Below, in pieces: positions 39,113 through 52,489 of a stretch of 64,000 nucleotides of DNA. The first letter of the stretch is position 1; every line of letters starts with the position of its first letter. Source of the DNA: Isurus oxyrinchus (taxonomy: Eukaryota); the NCBI GenBank assembly GCA_026770705.1, contig JANJGN010000021.1, positions 91,078,001 to 91,142,000 on the forward strand, given 5' to 3'. The position numbers and the translations under genes are program-made. The notes beneath the pieces are model-generated. The model was given only the letters and a program-made list of their open reading frames with translations, searched no databases and had not been told where the DNA came from.

Positions 39113-40149
39113 GTCAGTTTTAAATATTTACGTTGCTGATAGAGTTGGACATTAACGTTATTGGTGTAGAACATTTACTTTCAGTAGAAATGAAAATACA
39201 GTGGTTCTTAGATCTAACAGCCTATGGACAGCAACATGGCTCCAAAGGGCTGTTGCGCGCCATTGCTGCATTTCTGCTCCGCCTGTAATATTTTCGTTGA
39301 GTACAGCATGTGATGCTTATGCCTAATTTTTATTTTTTTCATCCACAACTTTGCAGAAAGCAGGCTCTAGTGCATTCGGTACCCGTTTTTTAAGAACACG
39401 AGTTCTCCATATTCATTGCCAATTGCAAAAAAAAAGATCACATGGGCCGAGCTGCAGCGCGTTTCCGTTCATTTTCCAACTAGCTATAGTAAAATCTCAC
39501 ATAGTCATATGTCTATTAATTTTACTTTAGTGCGTGTATGTTCAGCATGCAACTGTTAAGCTTTCCAGACATAAACCAAATATATAACAATGTCACCCAT
39601 GGCGTACTGTAAATTTGATTCGTATATCCAAATGCACGTGGAAATGCATCACGAATGATAGTGTAAGAGCTAGGGCATTATGCAAACCTGTTAATAGCTA
39701 TGCTGTTTCCACTTTTATAGCATCCAGTTACAGGATAGTCTATTGATCCACACGTTTCATGAAGTACAACCCTTCTATCATCGAAATCTCAGCACTATAG
39801 CGTGAAATCTCCCAAGATTTAAAACTTAACGTGAAATTGAATGGAGGGCGTGGAGGTGGCTCTCCATTTTTACTTTAGAAGTCATAAAAGGGACAGAGAA
39901 ATTATAAAATGTAAATTACTTTGTGGTGGGCTGTGTGACGAGGGTTCCTATAAACGTAAACTGTTCTGCTAATCTCCAGATTTTTCTTCTGTAAGTGCTA
40001 TACATTCCCCACCATCAAGACTACCAACCCAAGCTGACACACGCACATGCACCCACACACACATGCACACACATACACACAGAAACAAACAAATACACTT
40101 TAAAGAAGTTCAAGCCAGGCGGCCCCTCAGCCATTATCGCTACAGTAAT

Positions 40150-41280
40150 TAAGATAAGAATGTAAGGCATAGGTGACAGAGTAAACCATTCGAGCTAGTT
40201 TCACCATTTAATAAAATCATGGTTCATCTGAAAATAGTCTGAACTCCAATTTTGTAGCGACCCCAATAACCTTTCAATCTCTTGTAGATCAAAAATCTCC
40301 CCAACTCACGTTTAAATATATTAAATGACCATACCTGAACGCTTTATGTGGTAGAGCATTTCAAGGATTAACAACATTTTGAGAGGAGAAATTCCGCCTC
40401 ATCTTCATCTTAAATGGGAGGCCTCATGTTCTGAAAATGTGCCCCTTGATTCTAGATTTCCCCGCGTGAGGAATCATCCTCTCAGAATCTCCTTGTCAAA
40501 CCCCTTCAGAATCTTATGTTTCAATAAGATCACGTCACATTTCAATCATCTCAGTTGACGATAGTTCAGAACTACTCAAACTCTCCACATAAGACAACAC
40601 CCCCAACCCAGAAATCAAGGAAGTGAATCTTCTCTGCACTGCTTCGTATGCAAGTATGTTCCTCGGTAAATATGGAGACCAAAATTGTATGCAATGCATT
40701 CGATGTGGTCTCAGCAACACCCTGTACAGTTGTAGCAACACTTTGTTACCTTTATACTCTTCCCTCCTTCCAATAAAAGGCCAACCAAAGGTTGGCCTTC
40801 CTAATTAATTGCTTCGCCGGCTTTGCAATGCCCGAAGCTCGGACTGCAGCCGAGATACTCGAGCAGGTGACACTGCAGATGTGGCTGCTGTGGATCATAC
40901 TGGTGTCCGCCAACTCGCAAGTACCACAGTTGCAATACATCATCTGCCCAGACGCATCCATAGTTTAATTTGTTTAACTAATTGCGGTTTAAATTTGAAA
41001 TATCATTCACCAATTATTTGTAGTAATCACATTTAGATATAAAATCCACCATATCTCGCCGATACTACTTGAAACTACTGTCTCAGTTCAGTGAAATCAA
41101 AACCATGAAACTCAACAACCAATAAGCTGCCTGATCACTTAATTAATTCCTCTGGACCTCAGATCTCAGGCCTCGCTGATTCTCGCGGCCTCCTCTGGGC
41201 TTTTCCTTCACTTTTTGTGACAAATGGAATGCCAGAACAGTAACATAACGCTCACAGTATAAAAAAGGTGATAGGGAATC
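40150..41280 (-). mobile_element. CR1 fragments (ORF2 C-terminus and ORF1 zinc-finger start)
   Basis: LLQLYRVLLRPHRMHCIQFWSPYL...EAVQRRFTSLISGL; YCNCGTCEL....IHSSHICS. Confidence 0.85.
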
Positions 41281-41439
41281 CTCAGTTCTGCATCATTGGC
41301 AATTGTCACTTCCATTGGTCTTGATCAACCAAAGTCAAAATATTATTATTCTCTCTTGGCAAAATATGAGCACATGAATAAACAGTTGTTTCTGTGAGTG
41401 TACAAATAAAGTTCATACATTTATTTTCAGGTAATTTTA

Positions 41440-42600
41440 GCTTCAAACCTTGGAGTTCGGCATTCTGGGTGCAATTTGTGCACATTCCTAATGGTGTTGC
41501 ATTGGGAGTCTTCAACATTGATCCCGGGCCCCATGAAGTCCCATGGAATCAGATCAAACATGTGCAAGGAAAGCTCTTGCTGATTACTCTTGATTACACC
41601 TACGTTGAAAAGTAGGTGTGCCAACGTCTTTCAACATCTTTGTGGGAAATTATGTAAGGTAACATATGATGGATAGTCTACAGCGTGTAGTCATCGAAGT
41701 AAATAGCATAATAAGAGCTCGCCAAGATTGCAACATGTTCAATCTTCATGAAAAAGAAACTATATTTGAGTTTACCAATTTTGAGTGGTTGATTTGTCAG
41801 CATTCAGCAGCAAGAAAAGGAAATACAATATGCTGCTGCTTGTGGTTTCTGTAGATTTTCGGTTTTTAAGCACATTACCTACAACATCCGGGCAGCCAGC
41901 TCAGTTTGAAGGCTCTGAAGAAGCAAAGAGCCAATCTGCCACAACTCTGCGACATTAGCTCCATAAGCTCGATCAATTCTATAAACATCCTGTGGGTTAA
42001 CATTGGCCAGAAACCGAACAACACTAGCCACATAAATGCAATGTTTATGAGAGCTAGGAATTCTACAGCGGTCAGCTCACCTCCCGACTGCCCAAAGCCT
42101 GTCCACCACCTACAAGTTACAAGTCAGAAGTATGAAGGAATACCATCCACTTGCCTGGATGAATGCAGCTCCTACAATACTCCAGAAGCTCAGCACCATC
42201 CAGGACCAAGCCACCCGCTGGATTAACACACATTCCACGAACCTTCACTCCCTTCACTGCTACCGAACAGTGGCTGCAGTGTGTACCATCCACAAGACGC
42301 AGTGCAGCAACTCACCAAGGCTTCTTAGGCAGCAGCTTCCAAACAACAACCACTAAAATCGGAAGGAAAAGGGTAACAGACACATGGGGCCAGCACCAAC
42401 TCCAAGTCACTCACAATATATCGCCGTTCCTTCACTGCCGCTGGCACTCCCTCCCTAACAACTCCATTGGTGTGTGCCTACACCTCATCGACTGCAGCAG
42501 TTCAAGAAGGCACCTACCACCACCTTCTCAAAGTCAATTCGGATGGATAATAATGCTGGCCTAGCCAGCAACGCCCACATTCCAGGAATAAACTTAAAAA
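41440..42600 (+). mobile_element. Fragments of the LINE family seen at 34360
   Basis: IDPGPHEVPWNQIKHVQGKLLLIT (endonuclease) and MKEYHPLAWMNAAPTILQKLSTIQDQATRWI (post-RT), plus the shared 3' tail. Confidence 0.8.
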
Positions 42601-43659
42601 AAACATTGGTACTACAAATGCTTCAGACTCGAATTGGAGATCCACAGACTGATTGAGCATTTGCACGATGCAGAACATTAACACCTTGAGTTCTCACAGA
42701 ACACTCGGACATCTGGGAGCTTCCCGCTTATCTGCACCAATCTGTAAGTTCAACGGAGGCTGACAATGTAGCATCGAGAGGTGCAGCGCTCGGCAGTACT
42801 CAAATAGCAATTTTAAGTTACGGGGCCAGTGGATCATTTACAAAATAGAACCGCCTGTTGCTTTGGATAGTGTCAGAGAAGTTTGGTCACATGCCAGAAT
42901 TAAAAGGCTAGAGGAGGCTTAGGGTGGACGGGAAAGGGTATTGCAGCCTTTACAATGCTTTATGGCATTGTTATGCATTGGTGCCAAGGTACCGCTTCGT
43001 GGGCCAGCCTGGAAAAGCAGGCGAAGTGGACAACAGCACCACATAGATGCAAAAAAATAAGAACAGGGTGTGGCGAGCCGAGGTCGTGTAGCCAGTTAGA
43101 TCTATGGCACCTTTAAGCCTCAGTGCTGGAAAAGCAGGAATGCTTATTCCCAATTCATAAAACACAGGAAGTCCAGGGAACATAGGCGAAATGTTTATAA
43201 AATATCCATGTCTCAACTGTAAGGCAGCAGAAATCCTTTCTGAATTTTAGCTGTTCAAGCAGCGAAAAGAATTATGGTTTACTGATGTGGCAGTGTTGGA
43301 AAAGGAGAAGCAAGATGCCAAGATAAATTCGGAATAGGTAATGAAGGATTTCACAGATTGAACACGCCTGGGCTGTCATAAGAGTAACAAAAGGCTCCTT
43401 ATAAGATTTGGTCCACCTTAGCAGACCAACTAGAGTCAAACACAACTTTCGAATTCACCGCCTCGAAGTCATGTCCTTCAGACAACTGCCAAAGGGATCT
43501 ATAGATCATTTTGTTTGTCCGTATAAAGAAAAAGGTAGAGACCGTGATTTCTCTGACACAGAACTGGCTGACAGAATCACTGACTTGGTGATATCATCAA
43601 CATCCATTCAGGCCTATCAAAAATATCCTCTTGACAAGCTAAAAGGATACACTTGCAGC

Positions 43660-44295
43660 TAGCAGTTAGGAAGGCAAATGGTATGTTGGCCTTCATTAAA
43701 GGACTTGAATACAGGAGCAAATATGTCTTACTACAGCTGCACAGGGCCTTGATGAGGCAACACCTGGAGTATTGTGTGCAGTTTAGTGTCCTTACCTAAG
43801 AAATAGGGGGAGAGCAGTGAAGGTTCACCTGACTGATTCCTGGGATGGCGGGATTGTTGTATGAAAAGAGATTGGGTCGAAACGGCCTGTGTTCACTGAA
43901 GTTTAGAAGAATGAGTGGGATCCCATTGAAACAAATAAAATTCTGGCAGGGCTAGACAGACTGGAAGCAGGGACGATGTTTCATCTGGCTGGTGGCGGAG
44001 GTGCGGTCTAGAACAAGGGGTCACAGTCTCTAGATACAGGGTAGGCCATTTAGGATTGAGATGAGGAGAAAATTCTTCCCTCAGAGGATGATGAACGTGT
44101 TGAAATCTTTACCACAGAAGGCTGTGAAGGCCAAGTCATTGAATATATTTAAGATGAAAAGACACTCCTAGACTTTAAAGGCATCAAGCGTTATGGGTAA
44201 AGAGCCAGATTATGGCATTGCGAGAGAGGATCAACCATGATCATATAGAATTGCGGAGCAGGCTCAAAGGCCGAATTTCAATTTTCCATGTTTCT
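43660..44295 (+). mobile_element. CR1 3' end
   Basis: gttaggaaggcaaatggtatgttggccttcatt...cacctggagtattgtgtgcagttt...agaatgagtggga...ggctcaaaggccgaat. Confidence 0.85.
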
Positions 44296-45059
44296 ACTTT
44301 TGAAGAATTACTGACGGATCGTCCAAATGTGAGACAATCCTTGCAGGATGGTAACACCTACAAGTTTTGTGACCAACTATTGGCTCAGTAGCTATGTCAG
44401 CCAAACCCAGAAAGCCCTGCGCAAGATATGGTCTACTGCATGCATCTCTCAGTTGTTCGGCACATCAAGGCACATGCAAGGTGTGCGGCATCAACAGGCA
44501 TTGGTAAACCAGTGTAAAAAGTCCAATACAGCAGCAGTGAGCAAACTTCATGATGAAACCCAAATAAGAGATAAGCAGATGCAAGCTTCCAGCAAGAGTA
44601 GAGTGTGCCCGGAATCATGAGGAATCTATCCATGAAGCAGCCAGCAGAATTAAAGAAGTGGACGATGGCAATAACTAAAATGAAGGGCATATTGCCTCAT
44701 AAAGTTGGAAAACATGTTATAGGGGCAAAGGTTGACATTTGAGCGTGTGCCAATATCCGCCCTATTAAAACCTAAATAACAGGTGTTAACAGAAATGGAA
44801 GACATCAGCAAAACCAACAACTGCGAAGCACAGTCGTTCAACAGAAGAGGTCCATAACACTGGAGTGCAGATATGGGCGTTACAACGGTCAGAGAGGCAG
44901 CTCGCCAGCACCTTCTCAAGGCCAAATGGGATCGGCAATAAATGCTGGCCCAGCCAGCGAAGCCCACATCCCATGAATAAATAAAGCAACTGAAAACAGC
45001 AAATTTAGCAACCGTACATTCGGTTCTTTCATTAATGTTATTAATATAGATTGTAAATA

Positions 45060-47760
45060 ATTGAGGCCATAATACCGCCCCTATGACATTCCATTAGTTA
45101 CAGCTTGCCAATATGAGAGTTCCCCAGTTTTCCCTATCTTCCTGTTGACTAACCAATCTTCTGTATATGTTCTGTAAATTATCCGCTGTGCACTGGGCTC
45201 TTACTTTGCCACCGTTGAAGAGGCATCTTATCAAATGCCTTCTGGAAATCCAAGAACATCACATCTAGAGGTTCCCTGTTACCCACCTTATTTGCTAATT
45301 CTTCAAAGAATTCTAATAACTTTCCCTTTACCAAAATCATGTCGACTCTGTGTGATTGTATTGTTATTTTCTAAATGTCCTGCTATTATCTCCTTAATAA
45401 AGGATTCTAACATTTTCTCTATGAAGGATATTAGAATAACTGGCCAAGAGTTTCCTGTTTCCTGCCTTCTCTGTTTCTTGACCAGAGGATCACACCTACG
45501 ATTTTCCAATCCGCTGGAACCTTTCCAGAACTTAGGGACATTGGGAGATCACAACCACTACTATCTCTGCAACCATGCTTTTTAATGCAGGATGAAGGTC
45601 CAGACGTCTTGCCAGACTTTCAGTTCTAATAGTTTTCCCACTAGTGTTTCCCTAGAGATCGTGATTGTTTTATATTCCTCTGTAGTTTACCTCCTTATTT
45701 TCAAATATATTTGAGATTTCTTTCCGCGTTCTACGTGAGAACAGTCACAACATGCCTGTTTAATGCTTCAACCATTCCTTTGTTTTCCATTATTCATTCC
45801 AGTCTCATCCTCTAAAGAGCCCAAGTTCATTTTAATTATTGATTTTCATTCTTAAATACTTGCACAGTTCTTACTATCGTTTTTTTATATATACTTGTGG
45901 CTAGCTTTCTCCCATATGCAATTTCCCCTCGTTGTTTTTTTGTCATTCTTTGCTAATCTCTAAAATCTATCCAACCTCCTGATCTACAGAAATCCTCAAA
46001 GCATTGTAAGGTGTTTTTTCTTTCAAATGCAAATTGTTCTTCAACTTCTTTGTCCGTTATGGATGGTGAATCCATTTCCTAAAGTTTTTTTCTCTCACTG
46101 GAATTCGCTGAGTGTTATTAACTATCTCCTTAAACATCTGCCACTGCATCTCTACTGATCTACCCCTCAACCTGATTGTCAAGTTCACTATAGGCAGCTC
46201 TGTATTCATATCGTTGTAATTTCATTTATTGAAGTTAAAAGCACTTGCCTTAGACCACGTTTCACTCTCTCAAACTTAGACTGAAATTTAATAATGTTAT
46301 GATCACTGCTACCTACTGGCTCATTTACTATGAGGTCATTAATTATTCCTGTCCCGTTACACATTACCAGGCTAAGAATATACTGCTCCCTCGCTGGGTA
46401 TAGAACATATTTCTCTAAGAAATTGTACCGGATACACTCTATGAATTCAACTTCGAAGGGACCTTTGCCAATATGGTTCATACAACCTTAATGTAAATTG
46501 AAATTACCCATATTTATTGCAGTATCTCTCTTCCAAGCCCGCGTTATTTCTTCTTATATACTCTGTTGTACAGTGTAACTATTGCTGCCTAGCTATTAAC
46601 TAATTCCAAAAGTGATCGCTTACCTTTGCTATTTCTTATCTCTATCTAAAGCGATTCTACATTTTGAACTTCTGAACTAAGTTAATCTCTTCCTACTGTA
46701 CTAATATTATGTTTAGTTAACACAGCCGCTTCGCCGGTTTCCCACCTTCCCGTCCTTCTAAAATGTCAAGTTTCCTTGATGTTTTACTTCCTGGCCTTGG
46801 ACAATGTAAACACACGTCTTTGAAATTGCGATGAGGTCAGACATATTTGTGTTATCAAGTCATCTGCTTTGTTATGAATGTTGCACACATTCAGCCATAG
46901 CGCATTTCAAACCATATTATTGCCATTCTTACAAGTTCCAGCCTTATCTGCTGGTGCATTCTTAAGTTTGTACGCTCTATCCCTTGAGCCCTACTCTGGT
47001 TAGCGTTACCCATATCACTTCCCTGCCCTATTTCCTTGTCCTTTATCTCTCATTTGCCACATCTTCCCGCACACGCTACCTCGCCGCCTCCCCATTATTT
47101 ACTTTAAAACCCTCTCTACCGTAATAGTTTTAGGAGTCGCCAAAACATTCACCCTGCCGATCCCAAAGGCACAGCTCCTATTTCTGCAATACTGGCGTCA
47201 GTGACCCATAAATCGAAATCCATTTCTCCCACACCAATTTTGAGCCACGCATTCAACTTTCCACGCTTATTTACCTTCACCAACTCGCTCGTGTCTCCGG
47301 CAGTAATCCAGCCACTTTTTGCCCTTGTGGTTTGTTTCATAATTTCGCGCCTTGCTGCTCATAATCACTAAGTAGAACTTTCTTCCTGGTTCCTTCTATG
47401 TCGTTTGTACCCAGGTGGACCATGACAACCAGGTCCCCTCCCTCCCACTGCAAGTGCCTCCCAATCTCTGAGCAGATGCCCCGAACCCTTGCAAGGGGCA
47501 GGCAACATAACCTTTTAAACCCACTCTCTCAGCTTCAGAGAACTGTGCTCATGCCCCGACTACAGTGTCATACCACTTTAGTACTACACACCTATTTACT
47601 CACCCCACTTGAAAGGTTCCTTGTACAATGGCCAGATGCTCAATCCCTCACACTGCAGTCCCTTCTTGCGCCTATAAATGCTGCAAGAGCCTCTAATATT
47701 TTGGACAACTTCAACAGCTGATGTCTCTTCAGTTCTACGTTCTCGATCCCCATACCTGTC
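45060..47760 (-). mobile_element. Decayed CR1 LINE (ORF1-ORF2 remnants)
   Basis: PLVKKQRRQETGNSWPVILISFIEKMLESFIKEIIAGHLE; EFIECIRYNFLEKYVLYPAREQYILSLVMCN...VGSSDHNIIKF. Confidence 0.85.
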
Positions 47761-50700
47761 TCACTCTTGTCCCTGATCAAGGGGCAATACCACACTAAGC
47801 GCAACACTTCCTTCTCAGGAAGATCTGATGTTAGGCAGACAGGTGCAAATGACTCCACCCAGTCACTATCAACCCGCACTTCTAAAGATATTGGATAAAT
47901 TTCAGGAAAGACAGGGCATTATGAACGATGTTCACACAATGAGTATTTCGGGTCTGGAATGGGCTGCCTGGAAGTGTGGTGGAGGCAGGTTCAATCGAGG
48001 CATTCAAGAGGGCATTGGATGATTATCTGAATAGAATAAATGTGCAAGGGTACGGGGAAAAGGCAGTGCAATGGCACTAGGTCATAATGCTCATTTGGGG
48101 AGCCGGTGCAGACACAAAGGGCTGAATTGCCTCCCACTGTGCCGTTAAATTCTGTGATTATGTGGTGTTCATGACTTCTGTGCAGGCAAATAACTACCAA
48201 ACTTAATGGTTGGACAGAAAGTTGGTACTTTCCATCACACTGACGAAATGTGGAATCCAACCTAGGTAGCTAAAATATGTTTTGAGCCAAGATAAAATGA
48301 GGTTCTCCACAACAAATGTGATGCCGTTGAGTCGAATCAATGTCAAATCAGGGAAGCTCCTAGCCATGAAACAACAAGAAATCTCATTGCAAGCAGAGCA
48401 ATGTCAAAGAAAAGATCTAAGCATAACACTCCTACAGTTCGTTATTGTAACAATCAGCAGTCCCAAACTAAATAGACTAGACAAGCTGAGGCGTGTCAGC
48501 AGACAGCCAGTACGTTTTATAGACTCATAAGCTCACAAACATAGAAAGTTGTACATGCTTAAGGTAGAAACGTCTGTTGTTTTCTAAGTAGTTGGTGGTT
48601 GTTTATTGATACGGGGTAATTTTAGCCAGAAAAAAAATGTAGTTTGCACCTTTAAGTAGGTGTGTTATGATATCTGCACATCACTAGATAGGAAATGACG
48701 CAAGCCACCTCATGATAAGTAGTCTTCAGTATGTAGTCCGTGTTATCAAGATCTCCCCAAGATTGTACTTCTTCCTCCTGCGTTCGCTGCTTGAAGGCAG
48801 GTCTATGAATACTGACGACAAAGGCTCCAACTTTCTTTGAATCACATGGCTGACAAGGAATCTTCCCTATTGTTGCCATTTGCCATTCACATATTTTGGA
48901 AGGTTTACAGGTGATACCTCAACGTGAATGCACCTTTTTTGGCCATCAAGCCCTGGAGTGCGACTTAAGCCTGAAGGTTCAGGTACAAGTACAGCACTGA
49001 GATCTGCCTGACAATTTGGAAAATTTCCTGGGACTGCTCTGTTCGCAGAAAGCAGGGCATGTCCAGTCCGGTCAATTATCGTTTCAAGAGTTACTCTCGA
49101 TCATGATCAAACTGATGTCATGTGTCTTCGACACCAATAATCTGCTCACTGATACTGAGTTTAGGTTCCACCATGGCCACTCGGCTCCGGACCTCATCAC
49201 AACCTGGGTCAAAATATGAAAAAGGAGCTGGACTCAAGAGATGAAGCAATAGTGGCTGCCCTTAATATCAAGGCGCTATTTGATCAAGAGTGGCATCAAT
49301 GGTCATTGGCAAAACAGAAGTTAATGGGATTCAGTGAGAAAGTTCACTGTTTAGTCATATCTAGCAGAAAGGGAAATTGTTCTGGTTGTTTGAGGAGAAT
49401 CATCTTCATTCCAGAACATCGCCATAGGAATTCCACATAACAAGTCATCTTCAGATGCTACAACAATGCCCTCTCTTCCTAACAATACTGTCTGCTCCAG
49501 GTGGACTGCAGGGGTCCAAGAACGTGGGCCACTACCACCTTCTCAAACAAAAAGTCCATACCCAAGTCTCAACAAGTTATGTTAACCTATATTAAGGGTG
49601 AAAAGTGGTTGGTATTAAATACAACACACATTTCGGGCCCTATCCATTGCTGTTGCTGTCAGGGAAATCTGGTAAATGGCATAATAAACATTTCATTTAC
49701 TATTATTCGTTATTTGTACAGCAATAAGGAATAAAATGATGCCAGCTGCTTCGCACTCTCTCATTCTTTTGGAAAATATAATACACTGCAGTCTGCATAT
49801 GAAGTCTATACTCATGTCCCTTAGTTGTTTTGAGCACAAGTATCCTGAAACCTGTGCATTTTACATTCTAATTGAAGGACATTCATTCTGCCCGCTAGGT
49901 TAATGTGGCTGGGTCTGCGTAATTTCCTCCCAGTGTCCCACACTCAGTGTTGCTCTGTGTTTCTTCCGTGTCTTTTATGAGTTGGTTGGCTCCAATTCTT
50001 GCCTAAATAAGGAATCATAATGCTCTCTGTGAGGCAGGTTTACGAATGGGAGCTACCTCCATATTCTTCACCAACTTTCCATTATATGCTAAAGATAAAA
50101 ATGTCATTGCTTTTAGGATGGTTTCTGATTCAGCAATGATTAGGCATGATTGCGAAAGTGATGGACCATAAATAAGATCCCTTACAACTATGAGAATGTC
50201 CGAACCTTCTAAATGCTCTCTGTACCTTTTAACCACCAATCACGTACCAACTCGGTTTGCCAACTCAGACGTAGCACGGTTTCTGCCTCATTCCTGATTA
50301 AAATAACAATTGATACAATCCATGACACTTCTTTTTTGCTATCTGTCTGTGCCTGTTTCCTTCCCTTGGAAAAATAAAAGAAAAACGCTGATTATAAATT
50401 CGGAAGCAGATTTTACAAAGCCCTGCAGCTATTTCAGTATGAATGCTGTCAATCACAGACCATGAGGAAAGCTCTGGAATTTTCACTCAAGCACGAACAT
50501 ACTTGGCCAGAGAGTTAAGGGACAATGCAATGGGGAAGAGAGGCATGAGGTGCAAGACTGGGTAAAATGATGAATATGTATTATAGCTGCTTTCCTCGCT
50601 TCACTGAACTGAGCGTCGGTGATATCTACCTTTATTATTGCTTCAAGGTTCACTTGGGCAACTTCTCCTGCCGCATGATATGACCATCATTAGAGACTGT

Positions 50701-51431
50701 AGCTATTAAGAACAGAATAAGAATAAGAATAGAAGATAATGCTGATAATACAACTATAAGAAGTCTTTAAAATTAGGAAAGTTCCTTTCGAGTGGGCATG
50801 AAGAAACTGTTACAGCGATGGGTAAGTTTGATCAAGGGAACATAAACTAAGGTTTCAAATAATTAACATAGTAAGAATGTGTTGACGTGGAGAATGGTGA
50901 CAATGTAAAACTTGCTGACACATGCTGTCGCTGAAGCAGGTGCATGTGATAGCTTTAAGGGAGAGGGCAGTTGAGTTTCAGATGAAGGATAACAAAGTAG
51001 AACAATAGGGTCTAGTATGGTGGCTGACAATAGAGCGGGAAGAGACTGATTTGGTTGCAAACATTACGTGTGACCTATTTCTCTGTGGTATATTCCGTAT
51101 AACTGAGCGATTGTTTTGCTGTATTCACAATGTTCACAAACATTTCAATAGTTTTCATCAATATTTCTTCTTTTAAGAAAACAGGTTTTATAAACAATGC
51201 AGCTATTAGAAATATTCACGTTTAAATTGGTAGCAGTACGACAGAAAATAACATTGCTTCATATCCATGATAAGTTAAGGTAAATTCGAAACTTATTTCG
51301 GCTAGTCTTATTTATTTTGATTTTGAAATAAAGAATTTCTACACCAAGCAGTCAAATTTTCTTCATGAAAATTGTCATTAAAATAGAGTATTAATTATCA
51401 CTCACAGTTGATTCCACATTGATTTCTGCAG

Positions 51432-51455
51432 GAGGCTTTGTTGCAAAGGAGCAAG
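51432..51455 (+). CDS. Microexon 15 (24 nt): RGFVAKEQ
   Basis: cattgatttctgcag|GAGGCT...GAGCAAG|gtaaat. Confidence 0.8.
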
Positions 51456-52453
51456 GTAAATATATCACAATATATGTATGCAACCCTGTGTCAAATGTTA
51501 TTATTTCCATCTGTGGGTTTGTCAATGACACTGCCTGGACAATCAATAAACAAATGTTCGTCTATATACTCATGAAGGCGCAGAATTCAGACGCTTGCTC
51601 CACAGTGTCATCTAGAGGACTGATACCGCAGCTTCAGCATGGCAGCTGGTGTAGGTAAATTAGATGTAAAAATATTGATGTAGCAATTTTCAATGATAAA
51701 AGGTAGATGCCTCAATTTCACAAAATCTGAGGCCATAAAAATTCAGAACGGGAATCGAAATTTTGCATCAATGTAAAGTTTGGGCGATATAATTGTTTCG
51801 CTTGATATAGTTAGTGACAGACATAGTGGCCACTCCGACAATTTTCTTATCGACCATACTTTTGTTTTGCAACAAAAAGGGTTGATATGTTTAAACATCT
51901 TTTATGAATCATTTATATTATCATTGCCCTCGCCAACGCAAAGGTAGTGATCCTGAAAGTAACTGGAGCTTCGCATCGGAGCACAGAGATCCATATCTCT
52001 GCAACTTATTTGCCACATTTGCCTGTTGAAGTAGCTTGAATAGATGCCTCGTCATTACTTATCTCTCGTTTGACTGAGCCCCAAATAATTGATTTGAAAA
52101 GCTGGTTTTGTTCTTTGTTTCCACGGGAAATTACTAACTGGATATAACACTGTTCCTATCAGGGGCAAGAATAAATATCCCATGAATATATTTGGATGAT
52201 TTTCCTCAAAAAATGTGCATATTATTATACCCACTAAAGTAAAGGAATATAGTTTTCTTTACCAAATGGCTATATATTGCCGCGATTATATTGCCAGTAT
52301 TCGTTGCTAGACTGACGAGTTATGCTGTCCTGCTCGTTTTTTCTGTGAAAATATCCGATCACTAATTTGTAAAACGGAAAAGTGCTGCTTTTTAACTGCT
52401 ACATGGCAATTTTAACCCTGCTGTGGATAATTCATCTAGTGTTTCTCTTCCAG

Positions 52454-52489
52454 AATTAAACGAAACGACCAAATCTCTCAACGACTGCC
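52454..52489 (+). CDS. Microexon 16 (36 nt): ELNETTKSLNDC
   Basis: gtgtttctcttccag|AATTAA...GACTGCC|gtaagc. Confidence 0.83.

Noticed and set aside
44306-44350. 45-nt phase-1 open segment KLLTDRPNVRQSLQD with gtaaca donor
   Set aside because: AAG acceptor whose pyrimidine tract is a CR1 tail; 15 aa including Pro would break the otherwise continuous heptad register. It could still be a minor alternative exon.
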